From Octopus sinensis (Eukaryota), in NCBI RefSeq assembly GCF_006345805.1, contig NC_043010.1:11036001-11100000 (forward strand): a stretch of DNA of 64,000 nt, in the 5' to 3' direction. Each line of letters starts with the position of its first letter. Position 1 is the first letter of the stretch. The notes under the pieces were generated by a model that ran no database searches, was not told the origin of the DNA, and was given only the letters and a program-made list of their open reading frames with translations. Below are positions 1 through 14,433 of this stretch, piece by piece. The position numbers and the translations under genes were made by a program.

Positions 1-13
1 AAAACATAATAAA

Positions 14-53
<40 letters not shown>

Positions 54-764
54 GCAGTTGTCTTCTTAATTATAAAAGCCATTTACCAAATAAAATGAAA
101 TAAAATAAAATAAAATGAAATAAAATAAAATAAAATAAAATAAAATAAAATAAAATATATGAAACAAGTTGAGATTAAAACAAAAAAAATAATAAAAATA
201 AGGCTTATGGTGTTATTAGAAATATTGGTTTGTTGATTAGATGCAATATCTTTGTATATGTAATGGTGAAGAAGTATTGATCTCTTGTACATATAGGTGT
301 CTATGACAGGAAATGCACACAAGATCCTGATATCAATGCTAACAACTACAACCCACTGTAACAAGCTACTTGATCATATAGTTACTGGGCATTGCAGGAA
401 ACTGCGCTGTTTATTTATTTTATATATGACTGTAGAGAAGACATTTTTCTGTTGCAAACGTTAGGCTGAAAAAGCGGTGGTTGGGTGGGAAAAAGAGGAA
501 ACCTTAAAGACACCATTAGACTGAAATGGACAGTCTAAGCAGACATGAACAAAACACGCACACACACACACGTGCATGTATGCACACATGCACTTGTGTA
601 GACATGCACATATGAACACATGCACATATGCGTGCATTCATATTCACACAAGCGTCATAAAGTAGTCGAGGGGTGGGGGATCACTCAATAGGATTGGTCG
701 ATTTGCTAGAAATAATAACAAGCTTTATTTTTCACAAATAACACAATACTACATTTCATCTTCT

Positions 765-1114
765 GCCTTTTACTTGTCTCAGTCATCAGGCTATGGCCAT
801 GCTGGGGCATCACCTTGAAGAATGTTTAGTCGAATAAATTGACCCCAGAATTTCTTTTTTTTAAAGCCAGCTACTTATTCTATTGGTCTCTTTTATCAAA
901 CTGCTAAGTTACGGGGGGACGTAAACACACCAACACGCATTGTGAAGTAGCGTTGGAGAACAAACACAGACATAAAAACATACACACACATATATACAAT
1001 ATCTATTTATCTATCTGTATATGTATATATGTATATATGTATATATGTGTGTGTGTATGTGTATGTGTGTGTGTGTGTGTATATATGTGTGTGTGTGAGT
1101 GTGTGTGTATATAG

Positions 1115-1147
<33 letters not shown>

Positions 1148-1316
1148 CATATATACATACATACATACGATGGGCTTCTTTCAGTTTCCATCTACCAAAT
1201 CCACTCACAAGGCTTTGGTTGGCCTGAGGCTATAGTAGAAGACATGTGCCATGCAGTAGGACTGAACCTGAACCATGTACTTGGGAAGCAAGCTTCTTAC
1301 CACACAGCCATGGCTG
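765..1316 (-). mobile_element. Degenerate tRNA-derived SINE family A with expanded internal (CA/TA)n
   Basis: Matches family A blocks (GGGCTTCTTTCAGTTTCC..CAAATCCACTCACAAGGC; GGGACTGAACC) seen in intact copies elsewhere in the window. Confidence 0.75.
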
Positions 1317-1529
1317 CAGTTATTTTTACGAAAAATAATAGAAGGAAATCTATAATAAAGAGTATATAATATAGAAATAGATACACAAAGAAATAAATGA
1401 TGAGGTGGTCATGACTGGAACGTTTTTGATTATAGGTTGGCTTGATCAGGGCTGAAATAGTACTAAGCAAGAACCTCACAATGCAACATACACTGATACA
1501 AGAATTTACAAACACGAGCACATTCCTTA

Positions 1530-1561
<32 letters not shown>

Positions 1562-1690
1562 ATGTGCATTTCTTCGTGTGTATGTGTGCATGTTTCTGTG
1601 TGTGTGTATGTGTGTGTATATATGTGTATACATACACATAGACATAAACAAAGTTTTTGTACAAAAAAATGGTCCCAGAATTATTTCATA

Positions 1691-2070
1691 CAGTGGTTGG
1701 TGTTAGGAAAGGCATCCAACCATAGAAACGAATCCAAAACAGATGATTGAAGCCTGGTGCAGGTCTCCAGCTTACCACCTCTGATCAAACCATCTAACCC
1801 ATGCCAGCATGGAAAGCAGACGTTAAATGATGATGATGATGATGATAATGATGATGATGATGATGAAGATGGAGATGAAGATGATAATGATGATGATGAA
1901 GATGGTGATGATGATGAAGAGGATGATGAAGATGATGAAGATGATGAAGATGATGATGATAATGATGATGATGATGATGATAATGATGATGATGAAGATG
2001 ATGATGAAGATGATGATGATGATGAAGATGATGATGATGATGATGATGATGATAATGATGATGATGATGA
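1691..2070 (+). mobile_element. Family C (RTE 3'-end-like) repeat with hugely expanded (GAT)n tail
   Basis: GTGGTTGGTGTTAGGAAAGGCATCC...CCATGCCAGCATGGAAAGCAGACGTTAAA followed by about 240 bp of GAT/GAA/AAT repeats. Confidence 0.8.
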
Positions 2071-2505
2071 AGCTAGATAAAATCCCTGAAGTTTTTCTGC
2101 GATAAATGGAGAAATGGTGACGAGTGACAATTCTGTAAATAATAATAATATTTTATAAGCATAAACCTTATAAGTGATCACCATGTATTGACTAAAGAAA
2201 ATAGCCCAGTATTGGGGCATATATAAGCCTTCAACAGAAAAAGTGGATTTTCAATCCCATGTGTCTGGTAAACAAACTTTTTTTCTGTCGAGGGCCAATA
2301 TAAGACTAATACACAGTGATTGTATAAGCTTTAAGCTTATACATATTATTATTATTTATAAGAAGTTTTTCATGCAAAAGATATAATTCATATGTTTTGT
2401 AATCATGCAAGTGTACTTTTGCTAATGTATATTACATACCAATGTATAATGTAATACATTTTAGTATTATGTGTATATATACATAGATATACATATATAT
2501 ATACC

Positions 2506-2862
2506 ATCATCATCATCATTTAAAGTCCATTTTCCATGCTAGCATGGGTTGGACGGTTCGACCGGGGTCTGGGAAGTCAGGAGGCTGCACCAGGCTCCAG
2601 TCTGATCTGGCAGTGTTTCTACAGCTGGATGCTCTTCCTAACGCCAACCACTCCATGAGTGTAGTCGGTGCTTTTTATGTGCCACCGGCACAGGTGCCAA
2701 GGGAGGCTAGCAACAGCCACGATCGGTTGGTGCTTTTTACGTGCCACCGGCTTGGAAGCCAGTCAAGGTGGCACTGGCATTGGCCACGTTTGGATGGTGC
2801 TTTTTATGTGCCACTAGCACGGGTATCACAACTACAATTTCCATTTGATTTTTTGATGTTGA
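2506..2862 (-). mobile_element. Family C RTE-tail retroposon copy
   Basis: (CAT)n, CCATGCTAGCATGGGTTGGACGG, CTTCCTAACGCCAACCAC and repeated GGTGCTTTTTA(C/T)GTGCCACCGG units. Confidence 0.85.
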
Positions 2863-3006
2863 TATAAATATATATATATATATATATTATATTTGTAAAT
2901 AGTAAATAAAGGTCATCCATAATCATCTCATCTTTAATTTCAAGCAGTATATCAATGTAACTAGCTCTTTGTTATCCAATGTTTCATTTTATATATATAT
3001 ACTACG

Positions 3007-3040
<34 letters not shown>

Positions 3041-3124
3041 ATATATATCAGTGCAGGCATGGTTGTGTAGGAGTCCATCAAATGCATACATCACACAAGC
3101 ACAAAGACATAAACACTGATGCAT

Positions 3125-3840
3125 ATGTGTATGCGTGTATGTGTTGTGTGTGTATGTGTGTATGTGTGTGTGTGTATGTGTGTATGTGTGTATGTGTGTG
3201 TGTGTGTTGTGTATGTGTGTGTATGTGTGTATGTGTGTGGTGTGTGTATGTGTGTGTGTGTAGGTGTGTGTATGTGTGTGTGTGTTGTGTGTATGTGTGT
3301 GTGGTATGTGTGTGTGTGTATGTGTGGTGTGTGTGTCTGTGTGTGTGTGTGTTGTGTATGTGTGTGTGGTGTGTGTGTGTATGTGTGTGTGTGTATGTGT
3401 GTGTGTGTGTGTATGTGGTGTGTGTGTATGGTGTGTGTGTGTAGTGTGTGTGTGTATGGTGTGTGTGTGTGTGTATGTGTGTGTGTGGTGTGTGTGTATG
3501 CGTGTATGTGTGTGTATGCATGTGTGTGTATGTATGTGTGTGTGTGTATGTTGTGTGTGTGTGTATTGTGTGTGTGTGTGTGTGTTGTATGTGTGTGTGT
3601 TGTGTGTGTGTGTGTGATGTGTGTGTGTGTGGTATGTGTGTGTGTGTATGTGTGTGTGTGTATGCGTGTATGTGTGTGTGTGTATGTGTGGTGTGTGTAT
3701 GTGTGTATGCGTGTATGTGTGTGTGTGTATGTGTGTGTGTGTGTGTATGTGTGTGTGTGTGTGTATGTGTGTGTGTGTGTATGTGTGTGTGTGTGTGTGT
3801 GTATGTGTGTGTGTGTGTGCGTGCACGTGCGCGTGTATGT
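3125..3840. repeat. Long imperfect (TG)n/(TGTA) microsatellite
   Basis: Direct inspection; source of the His/Thr and Cys/Val ORFs. Confidence 0.95.
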
Positions 3841-4127
3841 GATTATGTCTTTTTGTTTGTATCGATTCCTTACTATCACCACCACCACTTGACAACTATT
3901 GTTACTTTCTTTATGTTCCCATAACTTAGCAGTTCACCAAATCATCACAAAACATCAACACAGAGACACACATGTGCAAACACGCACACATACACATGAG
4001 CACAAACACACACACATTCATGCATTCATGCATATGCACATACGCACTCAATCAGACATACACACACATACATACTCACACATGCACAAACAACTACACA
4101 CACACACACACACATACATACACACAT

Positions 4128-4297
4128 TAAAGCACCCACTACACTCAAGGAGTGGTTGGCGTTAGGAAGGGCATCCAGCCGTAGAAACACTGCCAGATCA
4201 GACTGGGCCTGATGCAGCCTTCTGGCTTCCCAGACCCCAGTTGAACCGTCCAACCCATGCTAGCATGGAGAGCGGACGCTAAATGATGATGATGATG
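4128..4297 (+). mobile_element. Family C RTE-tail retroposon, 5'-truncated
   Basis: AAAGCACCCACTACACTC..GTGGTTGGCGTTAGGAAGGGCATCCAGC..GGACGCTAAATGATGATG. Confidence 0.85.
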
Positions 4298-5009
4298 AAT
4301 GATGATTAAGACATATACAAAGGGCTTCTCCCAGTCTCTCTATATTAAATCCTCTCACAAAGCTTTGGACAACCAAAGCGATAGTGAAAGACCCTTGCCC
4401 AAGGTGCCATGCAATGGGACTGAACCTGAAACATTAAGGCTCAGAAGAGAACTTTCCAACAACACAGACATGCCTCTTCACCTTACAGCCACACCTTGCA
4501 TTTCATCCCTGATATTAAAAGGTTTGCCTATCCTTCCTCTCTTAGGTGGTAGTTTGACTTGCTAGAAATAACAAACAGCCAAATTTCATCACATCATCAC
4601 ATCACATCATATTCTATCATCTTAAATAAGGAAAAGACAAAATTCTTTCATGTTATCCAAGTTACACAATATCTGAAACAAAAGTTGGGATGGGAGGTTC
4701 ATGGATCAAATACTTTTGATCAGAATGTTTGATCATGAATGAGTTGGTGCTGAACAACAATAACAACAAGAAGGATGCGTGTAGTCATCTTACACCAATA
4801 ATGAAATATTGTTTATTGGTGAATGATATCTTTGTTGTTTTAAAACATTTTTCTTTTATTTTCATAACAAACGTTTTGGAAATAGGAAATCAAAACACAG
4901 ATATAAATTCCCTTATATTATGTCTTATAGGAGGGGGAAGAAAGGATCTTTAATGATTATGACATGCAAAATGAGAAATATAGGGAAGTGGGTATTATCA
5001 GATACAACT

Positions 5010-5047
<38 letters not shown>

Positions 5048-5204
5048 AGGGGGTGGAACCAGACAAATGGAGTGAGAGAGCAGATCAGAGAGATAGAGGG
5101 GGTGGGAGCCAGATAGATAGAGAAGGAGAAAGGGAAACAGATAGATACACTGACAGTCAGAGAGATAAACAAACAAAAAGACAGTCTGGCAGACAGACAG
5201 ATTG

Positions 5205-5771
<567 letters not shown>

Positions 5772-6045
5772 GAGAAAGAGAGAGAAGGGAAATAAAACAA
5801 GAGATAAATGTTTTATATGTATTCTTTTATTCTGCTATTGGTTTCAGTTATCGAACAGAAGCTATGCTAGACCCCTACAGTTGAGAGTTCATAACTAGAA
5901 TGCAACATGGTGCCCCAGCATGGCCACAGTCTAATGAAAGCAAAAGATCATAAGATAGTTTTTGCTTAAGGCAACCATTCTTCCATCCACAAAAATACAT
6001 ACATACATATATATATGTATATATAATATATATATATATATATAA

Positions 6046-6092
<47 letters not shown>

Positions 6093-6266
6093 TAGAAAAA
6101 AACACCTTTTATCAATTCAAAATGAACAATAAAATTACACCATCTAGAAAATTACATATAATAGAAATATAAAAAATAAAATCACAATAATATACCGATG
6201 ATTAAGTAAATTGCAGTATTTCTAAATTGAATTTTCCCCCGTAAATTAGGAATAATATTCCCTCAA

Positions 6267-6302
<36 letters not shown>

Positions 6303-6305
<3 letters not shown>

Positions 6306-6774
6306 TAGTTTTATTTTTATAGCGTGCTTTCACTTCACTACCGAGCACAGCTCTGTGTGCCTTGGGTATGTGCTGTGATTTGTTGTGATGCTCTGATGGT
6401 TATTGTATGGAAAGTGTTCTGCGTAGGATGTGTGCAGTGCCTAGTAGTGCAATTTTCTGTATGTTATATGTGTTTGTAAGTCCTGGTGTTTTTGTTATGT
6501 ATTTGTCTGAATATTTTTTTATCATGCCTAATGCACCTACTATGATAGGAATTGTTTCTGTTTTCAGATTCCACATTCTAGTTACCTCTATTTCCAGGTC
6601 TTTGTATTTTGAGAGTTTCTGCATTTCTTTTAGAGACACGTTGTCATCAGCCGGTATTAATACATCAATTAGAAAGCATTTTTTTTCTTCATGATCTCTG
6701 ACAACTATATCTGGTCTGTTGGCCTTAATTTCTCTATCTGTGTGTATCGGCATATCCCAGAGTATGGTTGCTTT

Positions 6775-6780
<6 letters not shown>
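6303..6780 (-). mobile_element. 5'-truncated R4/Dong-like non-LTR retrotransposon (RLE endonuclease C-terminus plus 3'UTR) in (TAA)n
   Basis: ORF 6400-6780 ILWDMPIHTDREIKANRPDIVV..CFLIDV..KE..KLSKYKDLEIEV..W..IPIIVGALG..IQKIALLGTAHILRR is a typical PD-(D/E)xK RLE end; flanked on both sides by (TTA)n. Confidence 0.9.
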
Positions 6781-6812
<32 letters not shown>

Positions 6813-6942
6813 GTAAAGGGGCTAATGTCTGAAATGTCAAAGACCTTTTCCTTTTTCTTTTCAGTATGATACTAATAACACCTTCTTCAAAACTTTCCTT
6901 CGTATTGCATTTCTTATGTTTTCCTTTTGCTCATTTATCATG

Positions 6943-7353
6943 TGTGTGGCTGTATAGTGAGAAGTTTGCTTTCCAACCGCATAGTTCTGGGTTCAGTCCT
7001 ACTGTTGGCACATTGGGTTGACCAGAGCCTTTTAAGTGAATTTAATAGACAGAAACTGAAATATGTTCATTGTGTGTATATGTATGTGTGTGCGAGTGTG
7101 TGTGTGTTTGTGTGCGTGTGTGTGCTTGTAAATGTGTTTGTCCCCTACCGTTGCCTGATGACCAATGTTGGTGTGATTACATCCCAGCAACTTAGCAGTT
7201 CGGTAAAAGAGACTGATAGAATAAGTACCAGACTTTAAAATAGAAATATGTACTGGTGTTGGAATATATAATAATGTGTTTGATTAAAATTCTTCAGTGT
7301 GGTGCCTCAGCATGGCCAGAGTTTAATGACTGAAGCAAGTAAAGGAATAAAAG
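6943..7353 (+). mobile_element. Degenerate SINE family A
   Basis: GTGGCTGTATAGTGAGAAG..GGGTTCAGTCC head; GATAGAATAAGTAC and CAGCATGGCC..ATGACTGAAGCAAGTAAA tail. Confidence 0.75.
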
Positions 7354-7365
7354 AACATATATATA

Positions 7366-7784
7366 CTCTCTCTTTACTCTTTACTCTTTTACTTGTTTCA
7401 GTCATTTGACTGCAGCCATGCTGGAGCACCGCCTTTAATCGAGCAACTTGATCCCAGGACTTATTCTTTTGTAAGCCCAGTACTTATTCTATCATTCTCT
7501 TTTGCCAAACCGCTAAGTAACGGGGACATAAACACACCAGCACCAGTTGTCAAGCACTGCTAGGGGGAAAAACACAGACACACAAACACACACATGCATA
7601 TATATATATACATATATATACGACGGGCTTTTTTTCAGTTTCCATCTACCAAATCCACTCACAAGGCTTTGGTCAGCCCGAGGCTATAGTAGAAGACACT
7701 TGCCCAAGGTGCCATGCAGTGGGACTGAACCAAGAACCATGTGGTTGGTAAACAAGCTACTTAGCACACAGCCACTCCTGCGCC
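7366..7784 (-). mobile_element. SINE family A, near full length (CORE-like tRNA SINE)
   Basis: Reverse strand GGCGCAGGAGTGGCTGTG..GGTTCAGTCCC (A/B boxes), CACCTTGGGCAAGTGTCTT (CORE-like), internal microsatellite, (GAGTAAAA)n tail. Confidence 0.9.
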
Positions 7785-8129
7785 TATATATATATATAAA
7801 GGCAGATGAAAATACTCATAAATACAAAAACACATCTAGATGCATGCACACACACAGACACACATATACACACATACACACTCACACACATATGCCACAT
7901 ACGCTCATACACACTCACAATCATGTGTATGCACATGTGCCTATATGTATTCACGTGCATGTGTGAGGTAAAAAAAAGACTAATACAGATAGTCGTATGT
8001 AGAAAGGTAAACAAAAAAAAGAACGTGGATTGATCTGTAGACAGAATGGAAGGTAGATAGATAGAGAGATAACAGAGCGAAAGAAAGAGAAAGAGAGAAT
8101 CAGAGAGAAGGGCAAGAGAGACAGAGAAG

Positions 8130-8132
8130 TAA

Positions 8133-8166
<34 letters not shown>

Positions 8167-8206
8167 GTATATGTATTTATATATACACATACATATATAT
8201 AAAGAC

Positions 8207-8238
<32 letters not shown>

Positions 8239-8266
8239 GTGTGTGTGTGTATGTATGTATATATAT

Positions 8267-8299
<33 letters not shown>

Positions 8300-8515
8300 A
8301 TGTATGTATGTATATACAACACACATATATATCTATATATATATATGTGTGTGTGTATGTATGTATGTATGTATATACCTACATATATATATATATATAA
8401 TATATATATTATATATATATATGTGTGTGTGTGTGTATGTATGTATATACACACACATATATATATTATATATATATATGTGTGTGTGTATGTATGTATG
8501 TATGTATATACCTAC

Positions 8516-8548
<33 letters not shown>

Positions 8549-8574
8549 ATATATGTATGTATTATGAGTATATA

Positions 8575-8610
<36 letters not shown>

Positions 8611-8655
8611 TGTATGTATGTATGTATGTATGTATCTATGTATGTATGTATGAAT
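8130..8655. repeat. Compound (CA)/(TA)/(TATG)n microsatellite
   Basis: Direct inspection. Confidence 0.9.
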
Positions 8656-9327
8656 GCAGCAGCAGATAAAAGGATAGACAGATAGATGGATGGCTCAATG
8701 GATAGAGAGAGATTGATTAATAAATGTATAGGGAAACGCCTGGCAAAATGTTTTGTACATGTGGTGGCAGGATGCGGCAAACTCCACTGTATGTCATTAA
8801 CGCACGTAAGGCAGGCATATGAGAAAGGGCTAATGAAAACAGCAGTTCTTAATTTCTTCCAAGTTTTGTCATTTTCCATGACTTTTATTGGATTTCAGAC
8901 AAACTGTTTACCCAGAAGCATTCATTGTTAATACAAATCGTGCAAGTTGTTGTAAATGTTTGCATATTGTAGAGCATGCAATTTATAATAACAATCTACG
9001 CAGGCTTTCTTGTAACTTTTCTCTCTGTTTTGTAACATTTTGGCAAACACTGTTTCCATCAAAACTGCTTGCCGTTCTATTCTGCTCCCAGCCACTTACC
9101 ACTATCACTAACAGCAACAACAACAACAACGACGACGACAACAACAACAACATTAACAACAACAACAATGGCAACAATTACTGTTACAATAACAACAATG
9201 ACAGCAATATCAAAATCGATGTGGGCAGTGCTTGCAATATAAGGTATCTTTAGTTGACATAACCTGAATTCTTCATCCATCATTGCAACTGCCACCAAAA
9301 CTGAGTTATGAAAGAAAGAGAGAGAGA

Positions 9328-9730
9328 GGCGCAGGAGTGGCTGTGTGGTAAGTAGCTTGTTTACTAACCACATGGTTCCGGGTTCAGTCCCACTGCATGG
9401 CATCTTGGGCAAGTGTCTTCTGCTATAGCCCCGGGCCGACCAATGCCTTGTGAGTGGATTTGGTAGATGGAAACTGAAAGAAGCCTGTCGTATATATGTA
9501 TATATATGTATGTGTGTGTTTGCATGTCTGTGTTTGTCCCCCTAGCATTGCTTGACAACCGATGCTGGTGTGTTTACATCCCCGTCAACTAGCGGTTTGG
9601 CAAAAGAGACCGATAGAATAAGTACTGGGCTTACAAAGAATAAGTCCCGGGGTCGATTTGCTCAACTAAAGGCGGTGCTCCAGCATGGCCGCAGTCAAAT
9701 GACTGAAACAAGTAGAAGAGTATAAGAGAG
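9328..9730 (+). mobile_element. SINE family A, full length
   Basis: GGCGCAGGAGTGGCTGTGTGGTAAG..GGTTCAGTCCC..CTTGGGCAAGTGTCTT..GACTGAAACAAGTA. Confidence 0.92.
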
Positions 9731-9922
9731 AAGAGAGAGAGAGGGGGAGAGCTTCTAGGTGGTCATTCTACCTGCTAGAAATAGCAGTTCAAATTTCACT
9801 CAAATCTCACACGCTGCTGTTTCAAAAGAAGTTGGACTCACTGGATTACATGGTTCAATCCTGAATGCCTTATGTGAAAATATAAAACAGGATGGTCATG
9901 AGTGGAATGTCTTTAGTCATAG

Positions 9923-10146
9923 GTGGCAGAAACGTTAGCACACTGGGCGAAATGCTTAGCGGTATTTCATCTGCGTTACGTTGTGAGTTTGAATTCCGCC
10001 GAGGTCGACTTTGCCCTTCATCCTTTTGGGGAAGATAAATTAAGTACCAGTTATGCACTAGGGTCGATATAATCGACTTAATACCTATGTCTGTCCTTGT
10101 TTGTCCCCTCTGTGTTTAGCCCCTTGTGGGTAGTAAAGAAATAGGT
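9923..10146 (+). mobile_element. SINE family B
   Basis: TGGCAGAAACGTTAGCAC..GAGGTCGACTTTGCC..GGGTAGTAAAGAAATAGGT. Confidence 0.88.
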
Positions 10147-10209
10147 ATATTTAATAATGGATTATCCCTACCTAAATAACAACAACTATGCTTCCCTGTG
10201 ACTGTAAAC

Positions 10210-10610
10210 CAGGCATGGATGTGTAGTAGCAATTTGTTTCCCAATCACATGGTTCTGGGTTCAATCCTACTGCATGGTTCCTTGAGCAAGGGTTGACTAC
10301 TACCTTGGACATGGGCTGACCAAGGACTTGTGAGTGGATTTGGTAGACAGAAACTGAAAGAAGCCTGTCGTGTATGTGTGTGCATGTCTTTTTGTATCTG
10401 TATTTGTCCCCCCACCCACCCACCACTTAGTAACCGGTGTTGGTGTGTTTATGTCTCCATAACTTAGCAGTTTGATAAAGGACATAAGTATCAAGCTTTA
10501 AAAAATTATTTTCCTGGGTTTGATTCATTTGACTACGAATTCTTCAAGGTGGTGCCAGAAATTCTTCAAGGTGCATGGCCACTGTCTAATGACTGAAACA
10601 AGTAAAAGAA
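10210..10610 (+). mobile_element. Degenerate SINE family A
   Basis: GTGAGTGGATTTGGTAGACAGAAACTGAAAGAAGCC core and ATGACTGAAACAAGTAAAAG tail. Confidence 0.78.
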
Positions 10611-10828
10611 ACAACAGCATTAACAACAACCAGCATGAGCCGATGACTGAGCCTTCATATGGTCACTTGATCTACTAGAAATAGCAACCAAATCTTCTAC
10701 AAATGACAGTCAACCATCATAAATAAAGACGGTTGCATTGGACAGTGCAGGCTCTGATATACACAAAGTTAGGTTGATCACAGCTGGAATGTCTTTGATT
10801 GGTGGTGGTGGTGGTGGTGGGGAATAAA

Positions 10829-11063
10829 GGTGGCGAGCTGGCAGAAACGTTAGCATGCCGGGCGAAATGCATAGCCGTATTTCGTCTGCCGTTACGTTCT
10901 GAGTTCAAATTCCGCCAAGGTCGACTTTGCCTTTCATCCTTTCGGGGTCGATAAATTAAGTACCAGTTACGCACTGGGATTTGATATAATCGACTTAATT
11001 CGTTTGTCTGTCCTTGTTTGTCCCCTCTATGTTTAGCCCCTTGTGGGTAGTAAAGAAATAGGT
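10829..11063 (+). mobile_element. SINE family B, full length
   Basis: GGTGGCGAGCTGGCAGAAACG...GTAGTAAAGAAATAGGT. Confidence 0.9.
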
Positions 11064-12018
11064 GGTGGTGGTGAATTTTTACTTAAAAATATATCAAAAA
11101 TATATATCAAATTATATAGATGATGGTCCTCTGTATCCCAGTGAGTCGTAAGAGAAGACTAAGAGAAGTGAAAAACAAAAGGAGGAGGATGGACATCAGG
11201 CTGCTATAATAAATAATTGTTTCTAATTTCTAGGCTGGGGTGTTAACTTTACACACAACCGTTTTTACTTCAAAGAAGAAATCGTTCATATTAGTCAGGC
11301 TTCAATCTTTTGACCTGTCCAGCATGAGAGGCTCTACCAAGAGCTTGCACTCTGCTGACATGGCTCTCGGACTCATTGAGGAATGCAAGCCACTACATGG
11401 TAACAAGAACTGGACCATGTAGAGATTGTGTTAATTTTTGCCTATCCTCTTTCTAGGAGACACAGAAGATATATCATACCAGTGATATACAACAGAAAAT
11501 AGTGAATTGGCAGAGTTATGTGAACATGAGATAAAACGCTATGCAGAATTCGCTCCATTTCTCTGAGTTCTGAGTTCAAATCCTACCGAAGTCTGAAGTC
11601 ATCTTTCTCTTTCATCCCTATGAAGGTTGATAACAAAAATACCAGCCCAGGGTAGTAAATTGATAGAATCATAAGTGCAGAGGAGGAGACAGATGTCCTG
11701 TGGTATTTGTGGCAACCCTATATACTTTGCAATGTTATTACTAGTTCAAATATGCTTGCAGCGTTTGAACTTCTTATTAAGCAAGCCATCCACCGTGTTT
11801 TTTTCATGGAGAAAATTTTTCACTGCGGACAAATGGTGCAAATACACCTAAATCAGCTCACTGCACCACCAGTCCAGACTGCAAGAGGCAAGCATTTCAG
11901 AGTGCTATCGCCTTTCCAATCATGGAAACCGGACATGGGCAGTGTGAGCTAAGAGAGAGATTGTCTCTCTTATGCAATTCCAGTATTTGTACAATGACTG
12001 GTAGCAGTAATCAGTGGT

Positions 12019-12394
12019 TCATCATCATCATCATCATCATAATCATCATCATCGTTTATCGTCCGCTTTCCATGCTAGCATGGGTTGGACGGTTCAACTG
12101 GGGTCTGGGAAGCCAGAAGGCTGCACCAGGCCCAGTTTGATCTGGCAATGTTTCTACAGCTGGATGCCCTTCCTAACGCCAACCACTCCATGAGTGTAGT
12201 GGGTGCTTTTTACGTGCCACCGGCACAGGTGCCAGACGTGTCTGGCAAACGGCCATGAACGGATGGTGCTTTTTACGTGCCACCGGCACAGGGGCCAGGT
12301 GAGGCTGGCAACGGCCACGAACGGATGGTGCTTTTTACGTGCCACCGGCATGGGGGCCAGGCGAGGCTGGCAACGGCCACAAACGGATGGTGCT
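12019..12394 (-). mobile_element. Family C RTE-tail retroposon with 3-4 internal ~62-bp tandem units
   Basis: GGTGCTTTTTACGTGCCACCGGCA at about 12202, 12265 and 12327; (CAT)n tail. Confidence 0.88.
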
Positions 12395-12728
12395 TAAACA
12401 CCGTAAACAAATTACCGAGTGGGAGCACCATGCATTGAAGTGTATATATGCAATATATATATATATTGCATGGTGCCGAAATATATGTAGCAAACTTGTC
12501 TGCATGCAACTAATGCAATGGTGTCTTGTCACCTAATTATGGAAAACTCTACCTCGCATCACACTGTGTCTTCTTAAATAAAGAAGAAGGAAATGTTGTT
12601 TCTGATGTGTGAAACAGAGCGAGGGGTGATGATCATGGCTGGAACACCTTTGATCACAGGTGCTTGGTCAGAGATCCTTTTGTGCGAATGACTAAACAAG
12701 TACAAAAACACTAACACCAACATCGAAC

Positions 12729-12761
<33 letters not shown>

Positions 12762-12932
12762 TTTCTATATCACTTTGATTCTACCTCATATCTCTTTCGC
12801 TCTTTCTCTCTCACTCTCTGTATACATGTATACACACACACACACACACACATATATTCTTTTACTTATTTCAATCATTTGACTGCAGCCATGCTGGAGC
12901 ACTGCCATATATCTATATATTTACATATATAT

Positions 12933-13447
12933 AGGCCTAAAAAAAGCCCTTTTTGTTTGTTCCTTTTCCTGTTATTCCTCATTTGTACTGTTTTTTCTAC
13001 TGTTTTTTCTTCATTTGTATTGCTTTTACGTCCTGTTCTTGTCACTCGTTTTACCCCTCTGCAAGAGAATTTTATTTAATTCCTTTTGCAGGAAGTACTG
13101 CTTCGACCTGGCCGTGTTCTGTCCTTACCTTCGAAACACGCATTGAGCCGAACCAGGGACAGCTGATGAAGGGGAATTTTCCTTGTATTGTTTGTCCTGT
13201 ACTCTGTTTTTTCGTTGTTAAAAAAAGTCCGTTTCCTTGTTTGATTTTGTTTTCGTTTCTCATTCTACATTTATTTGTGGTGTCCTGTACTCATATATAT
13301 ATATGCTTGTATATATACATGTAGATGTAAGTATGTACATATATGTATGTATATATGCATATATTTTATTTATTTATTATATTGTTAATATATGACCGAA
13401 CGCACACGTCGTTTCTCTTCGTTTCACTTCTCCAAGTAAGTTTTTAT
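12933..13447 (+). mobile_element. (TA)n-embedded Penelope-like pseudo-LTR fragment with hammerhead-like motifs
   Basis: CCTTCGAAACACGCATTGAG..ACAGCTGATGAAGGGGAATTTTCCTT..GTCCTGT; near-identical segment at 22970-23248. Confidence 0.6.
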
Positions 13448-13561
13448 TTATATATATAATATATTATATGTGTATCACCCACACACACATATATATATAT
13501 ATACATATATGTATGAATATATATATATATAATATATATATATATAATAATATATATATAT

Positions 13562-14018
13562 ACAAACAAATGCAGAAATGGTGTACTCTCCAAATGCATA
13601 ATCTGATAATAGAAAGAATTCCATGAATTAGGTGCTCCAAAGCCAGTCAGAAGAACAGGTGTCCATGTGAGTGCGCGGTGGATAGTTAATTAAAAGAAAA
13701 AATTGAGAAAAAAACAATGCGAGGATGTACTACATGTAAAGTGTTAATTAGATGCTCAAAGAAGGAAAGAAAGAATCGTTGTTTTAAGTTTGGAGCAAAG
13801 CTCTTCTTTGGAAACAGGAGACATGGGAAAGTCTAAAAGAAAAGGAAGAAGCAGGAAATAAATCACCAGGTGGACTGTTGGCGATTTTTCCATCTTCTTC
13901 CTTTTCTTTCCTTCTTTTCTTCCTTGCTTTCTTTCCTTCTCTGAGCGTCTCATTAATGCTTTGCATGTACTACGTCCTCATGTTTTTTCTTGTCTTTTTT
14001 CCTTTTGAATATTAATTG
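13562..14018. mobile_element. Old inverted-arm Penelope-like pLTR remnant with degenerate HHR
   Basis: 13687-13780 is the approximate reverse complement of 13927-14018; minus strand GTTTCCAAAGAAGAGCTTTGCTCCAAACTTAAAAC is a decayed copy of the HHR at 25651; (TA)n on both sides. Confidence 0.55.
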
Positions 14019-14188
14019 TATATATAACATGTATATATATTATATATATATATTATATATATATATATACATATATACACTGTATATATATATATATATA
14101 TTATATATGTATATATATTATATATAAAGATAAAGATATATATATATATATATATACATATGTATATATATTTATTATATATATATAT

Positions 14189-14219
<31 letters not shown>

Positions 14220-14234
14220 GTACATATACATATT

Positions 14235-14295
<61 letters not shown>

Positions 14296-14433
14296 TACCA
14301 TGTATATATTATATATATATATAAATAAGTATATATATTATATATATAAAGAAAAGATATATTATATATATATATCCATATGTTTATAATCTTTATGATA
14401 TAAAGATATATATATATATATACATATATATAT

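Noticed and set aside
1757-2105. Asp-rich / poly-Met / poly-Ser ORFs
   Set aside because: Expanded (GAT)n tail of a family C retroposon
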